Part shown: positions 59,793-64,000 of the stretch, piece by piece
Layout: the number at the start of each line of letters is the position of its first letter
Numbering within the stretch: position 1 is the stretch's first letter
Source of the DNA: Bacteroidia bacterium
Lineage (GTDB): Bacteria; Bacteroidota; Bacteroidia; M30B66
Length of the DNA: 64,000 bases
Direction: 5' to 3'
NCBI GenBank assembly: GCA_965279035.1
Contig: OZ257142.1
Span: forward strand, 2,240,001 to 2,304,000
Position numbers and translations under genes: made by a program
The notes under the pieces: model-generated
Told to the model about the DNA's origin: nothing
The model's input: the letters and a program-made list of their open reading frames with translations, nothing else
The model's database searches: none

Positions 59793-59880
59793 TGGCGGAG
59801 AAAGAGGGATTCGAACCCCCGGAGGTATAACCCTCAACGGTTTTCAAGACCGCCGCAATCGACCGCTCTGCCATTTCTCC
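59793..59880 (-). tRNA. tRNA-Ser (anticodon TGA), CCA encoded
   Basis: Minus strand GGAGAAA.../TTTCTCC-G-CCA acceptor, GCGGT-CTTGAAA-ACCGT anticodon arm, long variable arm and GTTCGAA. TACTTTTG promoter at 59886-59893. Confidence 0.96.
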
Positions 59881-59960
59881 GGGGGCAAAAGTAGTATTTG
59901 AAAGCGTTTCGCCAAAAAAAAGATTCAATTTTCTTGAAAAGCTTTTGCGATATTGCCGCT

Positions 59961-60860
59961 GTGAAACGGCTTTTTATTCTGAATGTGCTGATTATCTGTG
60001 TACTTGCATTACCCGCAGTAGCACAAATAAAAAATAGTGATTCACTTGAAATCATACAAAATAGAAGGCTAATACGAGCCGAATTGATCACAGGAGCTGT
60101 TTATGTTGGAAGCATGAGCACACTTTATCAAGCTTGGTATCGAGATTATCCGTTTCAAAAGTTCCATTTTTTTAATGATTTTCCAGAATGGAAGTGCATG
60201 GATAAATTAGGTCATGCTACAACTTCTTGGTGGGCTGCCCAGTGTTTATATAATGGTCAAAAATTAAGTGGAATAACGAAAGGAGATGAATTGTTTAGAG
60301 CTGCACTAATACCACTTTGTTTTATGACAACCATTGAAGTATTTGATGGGTTTTCAAGTGGTTGGGGATTTTCTTTAGGTGATATGAGTGCCAATGTTGG
60401 AGGTCTAAGTTTGTTTTTAATCCAAGAACATTATTGGAATGAACAAAAAATCACATTGAAATATTCCTTCCATCATACCGATTTAGCAGCAAAAAGACCT
60501 GCCTTATTAGGTGCTAATAAAATTGAGCAACTATTGAAAGATTACAATGGGCAAACCTATTGGATTAATGCACCAATCAATAGAAAAGGGTGGTTGTGTA
60601 TCAGTTTGGGATATGGTGCTAGTGGAATGTTAGGAGCTCGAAACAATATGTGGACTAACGAAAGTGGTAGTTATGACTATAGTTCGATTCCTCGGTATTC
60701 AACTTGGTCGCTTTCGATGGATATTGACTTATTAAAATTACCCTTTAAAAGTAAAGGTTGGAAATGGTTTTCAACAACGTTTAGGTGGATAAAAATACCA
60801 GCTCCAACAGTGCAATGGTCTTCTTATCATGGGTTTAAAGCTTTTCCTATTTATTTTTAA
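59961..60860 (+). CDS. DUF2279 (YfiM-like) family protein
   Basis: FHFFND..W..MDKLGH, E.FDGFS..WGFS.GD and DYNGQTYW motifs; likely GTG start at 59961. Confidence 0.8.
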   Translation: MKRLFILNVLIICVLALPAVAQIKNSDSLEIIQNRRLIRAELITGAVYVGSMSTLYQAWYRDYPFQKFHFFNDFPEWKCMDKLGHATTSWWAAQCLYNGQKLSGITKGDELFRAALIPLCFMTTIEVFDGFSSGWGFSLGDMSANVGGLSLFLIQEHYWNEQKITLKYSFHHTDLAAKRPALLGANKIEQLLKDYNGQTYWINAPINRKGWLCISLGYGASGMLGARNNMWTNESGSYDYSSIPRYSTWSLSMDIDLLKLPFKSKGWKWFSTTFRWIKIPAPTVQWSSYHGFKAFPIYF

Positions 60861-61043
60861 CTTATTTTCATTGTAAAGTGAAACAAACATTTGCAAATGC
60901 TTCATACTAAGTAGTATATCTTATTCGTTTGTCTTTCTGAACGTACGACAGTCAATATCCTTTAAAACATTCGTATGAAATACACTTGCTTTTCTATATT
61001 TTTGTGTTATTCTTAATGTGTGAAGTTTCAACAGGTCACCACT

Positions 61044-62957
61044 ATGCAACAAATTTCGAAGTTTCAACTTGGGCTGCTCTTACTACTTTGTAGTTTAACT
61101 TTTTCTAAAGTTTCTGCTCAAGCTCCTCAAGCTGGTGATTGCTTAGGCGCCTATACAGTATGTGCTATTTCATACAATCAAGCTTTATCTTTTCAAGGTG
61201 AAGGCAATTATTTAGGAGAAATCAATACCTTATCATCCTGTCTAACTAGCGGAGAGAGAAATAATTCATGGTATATTATTACAGTTCAAACTCCTGGAAC
61301 ATTTGGTTTTAACATTATACCGAATTGCGATAATGCTGATTATGATTGGGCTTTATTCGATTTAACAAACTCTACCTGTGCTGATATTGCTACTGATCCA
61401 ACCTTACAAGTAGGATGTGATTTTTCAGGCTCTACCTTTCCAACTTCCGTTACAGGAATGAATAATGGATTAAATCCACAAGACGAAGCCATGATTAATG
61501 TTGCTGCTGGAAATGTTTATGCATTAAATATCAATAATTTTTCAGGACTTGGACAATGTGGTTATCAGTTAAATATGGCTATTTCTACAGCCGGAATCAT
61601 CGATTTAACTCCACCAACGCTTCAAGCGGTTACTTCTCAAGTTAGTTGTGGTTCAACTGCCATTACATTTAGCTTTAGTGAATTTGTAAAATGCAGTACA
61701 GTAAATGCCTCGAAATTTTACCTGATTGACCCTCTAGGAGTTCAAATTCCGATAACAGGTGTTACAAGTGTAGCCTGTTTAAATGGTGGATTAAACGATA
61801 AGGAATTTACTCTCTTATTAGGTCAACAGCTTGTTCAAGGTGGTGTTTATGAAATTCAAAGTTTCGGTAGAGTCGAAGATAACTGCGGAAATTTTGATCC
61901 AGACACGCAAAGTGTTTTCTTTAGTTTTAATGCTGTAGAAATACAAGCTGTTACACAAACTCAATTAGTAGATTGTCGCGCTAGTAATGGAAAAGCAGAT
62001 GTAACTACTGCTTTTGGTACTGGTCCAGTTAATTATGCATGGATTCCTTCGGGACAAACGAGTCAATTGGCTCAAGGCTTGGCTTTTGGATGGCATTATG
62101 TAACTGTTACTGATGCATTAGGCTGTATAGATCGTGATTCAATTTTTATTCAGGATATCAATAATTTTCAAGTACAAATAGTTGTATTACCAGATACTTG
62201 TTCATTTGGTTTGGGTTCTGCCTATGCTTTAGTTACTGGTGGAACTCCATTTGTACCACGTTATAATCGTCAAGAATATACCTATTTCTGGAATGTGGTT
62301 GGGCAAAGGAGTGATACTACCTTCGTAGATAGTTTGTTAACTGGTTCATATCAAGTTTCTGTTAGAGATAGTTTTGGTTGCATTTATACCGAAGTGGTCA
62401 ATATTCCTGATTATCGTTTTAATTTAATAGCTGATTTTATTTTTTCACCGGACACCATGCCCATTCCGGGTATTTTACCAACAGTATCTTTTCTAAACCA
62501 ATCAATCAACGCAACCAATTTTATTTGGAATTTTGATAGTGGAGATATTTCAACAGAATATGAACCAGATTATATTTTTCCAGGTTCAGGCACTTATGAT
62601 GTCAAGCTCATTGCTATGAATTCTTTTGGGTGCAAGGATTCAATTTCAAAGCCCGTCACAATCGATTTCCTATTAAATTATTTTGCCCCCAATGCCTTTA
62701 CTCCGAATGATGATTTAATCAACGATTCATTCAATATTGTTATAACAGGCATCATGGACTCAACCTATCTGATGGTTATTTTTGATCGATGGGGAAAAGA
62801 GATTTTTGTTTCCAACGACCGCAAACAACCTTGGTCTGGTAAAGATGCTAGTTCAGGTAAAATGTATCCTTCGGGTTGTTATTTATTCCGTAGTAGTTTT
62901 ATTGATCAATCGGGAAAAAAACATGTACTCTACGGGAAGGTATTGTTGATTGGATAA
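61044..62957 (+). CDS. T9SS type B (gliding-motility-associated CTD) protein with SprB-like and PKD repeats
   Basis: Y.VTVTDA.GC repeats, PKD (WNFDSG), and PNAFTPNDD.IND.F...IFDRWG...W.G CTD. Confidence 0.88.
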   Translation: MQQISKFQLGLLLLLCSLTFSKVSAQAPQAGDCLGAYTVCAISYNQALSFQGEGNYLGEINTLSSCLTSGERNNSWYIITVQTPGTFGFNIIPNCDNADYDWALFDLTNSTCADIATDPTLQVGCDFSGSTFPTSVTGMNNGLNPQDEAMINVAAGNVYALNINNFSGLGQCGYQLNMAISTAGIIDLTPPTLQAVTSQVSCGSTAITFSFSEFVKCSTVNASKFYLIDPLGVQIPITGVTSVACLNGGLNDKEFTLLLGQQLVQGGVYEIQSFGRVEDNCGNFDPDTQSVFFSFNAVEIQAVTQTQLVDCRASNGKADVTTAFGTGPVNYAWIPSGQTSQLAQGLAFGWHYVTVTDALGCIDRDSIFIQDINNFQVQIVVLPDTCSFGLGSAYALVTGGTPFVPRYNRQEYTYFWNVVGQRSDTTFVDSLLTGSYQVSVRDSFGCIYTEVVNIPDYRFNLIADFIFSPDTMPIPGILPTVSFLNQSINATNFIWNFDSGDISTEYEPDYIFPGSGTYDVKLIAMNSFGCKDSISKPVTIDFLLNYFAPNAFTPNDDLINDSFNIVITGIMDSTYLMVIFDRWGKEIFVSNDRKQPWSGKDASSGKMYPSGCYLFRSSFIDQSGKKHVLYGKVLLIG

Positions 62958-62972
62958 ATCTTCGAACAACAA

Positions 62973-63734
62973 TTAAAGTTCTATCGTTAATCCGTCGTAA
63001 GCAAGTCGGATAAAATCTGGAATTTCACGTTCAATTTCTTCTTGTCTACCAAGTTGATGACTGATATGAGTTAAGTAGGCTCTCTCGGGTTTTAAATAGT
63101 TAAGAATTGATACAGCTTCATCTAAGGTTAGATGAGATACATGGGTTTCTTTTCTTAATGCATTTAATACAATGACTTTACTGCCCTTCATTTTATCTAT
63201 TTCTTCAGAAGCTATTTTTTTAGCATCGGTCACATAGCAAAAATCGTTTATTCGATATCCATAAACAGGCATTAAATAATGTTCTACTAATATGGGAGTA
63301 AATAATTCTCCAAATAATTCAAAAGGATTAGTTGTGATACGGTGAAGATTTATTAATGGTATTCCTGGATATTTATCTTCAGCAAAAATGTAGGCGAATT
63401 CTCTTCTTAAAGCCTCTTCTACATGAGCACTTAAATAAAGATCCATGTATTTTTTTTGAAAAAAATTGAAGGCACGAATATCATCCAAACCTGCTATATG
63501 GTCTTTGTGTTCATGAGTATACAATACAGCATCGAGTTTTGTGATATGTTCCCTTAACATTTGTTGACGAAAATCTGGACCAGTATCAACTACAACATTT
63601 CTTCCATTCAATTCAATTAAAATCGAACACCTCAAACGTTTATCACGTTGATCTGTTGAAGTGCACACATCACATGAACAAGCAATAACAGGAACTCCCT
63701 GCGATGTACCTGTTCCTAAGAAAGTAATCTTCAT
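62973..63734 (-). CDS. MBL-fold metallo-hydrolase (PhnP/YycJ-like)
   Basis: LGTGTSQGVP.IAC.C.VC, THEHKDH and THISH motifs. Confidence 0.9.
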   Translation of the reverse strand: MKITFLGTGTSQGVPVIACSCDVCTSTDQRDKRLRCSILIELNGRNVVVDTGPDFRQQMLREHITKLDAVLYTHEHKDHIAGLDDIRAFNFFQKKYMDLYLSAHVEEALRREFAYIFAEDKYPGIPLINLHRITTNPFELFGELFTPILVEHYLMPVYGYRINDFCYVTDAKKIASEEIDKMKGSKVIVLNALRKETHVSHLTLDEAVSILNYLKPERAYLTHISHQLGRQEEIEREIPDFIRLAYDGLTIEL

Positions 63735-63807
63735 ATTTCAAACGTACGCGAAAATTCCCATTTATAAGAAAGAGATTGTAAATCCGATTTGTTTCCTTTG
63801 TTAAATT

Positions 63808-64000
63808 ATGAAGTACTATGTAATAGCAGGAGAAGCCTCAGGAGATCTTCATGGGGCCAATTTGTTAAAGGCAATTAAAGCAGAGGATTCTGAGGCAGAA
63901 TTTATCGCTTGGGGTGGTGATTTAATGGAAAAAGCCGGAGCAAGATTAGTCAAGCATTACAAGGATTTGGCATTTATGGGTTTTACCGAAGTGCTTATGA
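63808..64000 (+). CDS. lpxB: lipid-A-disaccharide synthase (3' partial)
   Basis: Translates as MKYYVIAGEASGDLHGANL...WGGDLM...LAFMGFTEV and runs off the window end; not in the supplied ORF track. Confidence 0.92.
   Translation, partial: MKYYVIAGEASGDLHGANLLKAIKAEDSEAEFIAWGGDLMEKAGARLVKHYKDLAFMGFTEVLM

Noticed and set aside
59793-59880. tRNA with 'TGA' anticodon as selenocysteine or opal-suppressor tRNA
   Set aside because: Anticodon 5'-UGA-3' reads UCA (Ser). tRNA-Sec has anticodon UCA and an 8-bp acceptor stem, whereas this one is 7 bp.

Overview
AT-rich bacterial chromosomal window, almost certainly Bacteroidota. The evidence is TAnnTTTG -7 promoter boxes, several T9SS-cargo proteins, a TonB-dependent receptor and the tgt-lptG / GT2-ECF sigma-rsmG arrangement. 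It is mostly housekeeping and envelope genes: clpB, tgt, pyrD, tig, parC, pbpC, rsmG, partial lpxB, tRNA-Leu(TAG) and tRNA-Ser(TGA). I saw no transposase, integrase, phage gene or CRISPR array. The best leads are: (1) a metal operon in which a Cys/His-rich, PPP-ending HYC_CC_PP protein with a C-rich/G-poor tail precedes an HMA protein and a TonB receptor with Cys-Cys in its plug (candidate metal-sensing ribosome-stalling leader); (2) a porin-Rieske-imelysin-dihaem operon with a palindromic operator (candidate redox-coupled iron uptake); (3) a NYN nuclease-cold-shock fusion downstream of a TA-flanked, inverted-repeat-bounded structured element; (4) three 31-bp-phased motifs plus a sigma54-like box before clpB; (5) a decayed tandem copy of tRNA-Ser; (6) a lipoprotein class D beta-lactamase beside an orphan CheB-CheR hybrid kinase. 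All family calls are by eye from motifs; no searches were run.
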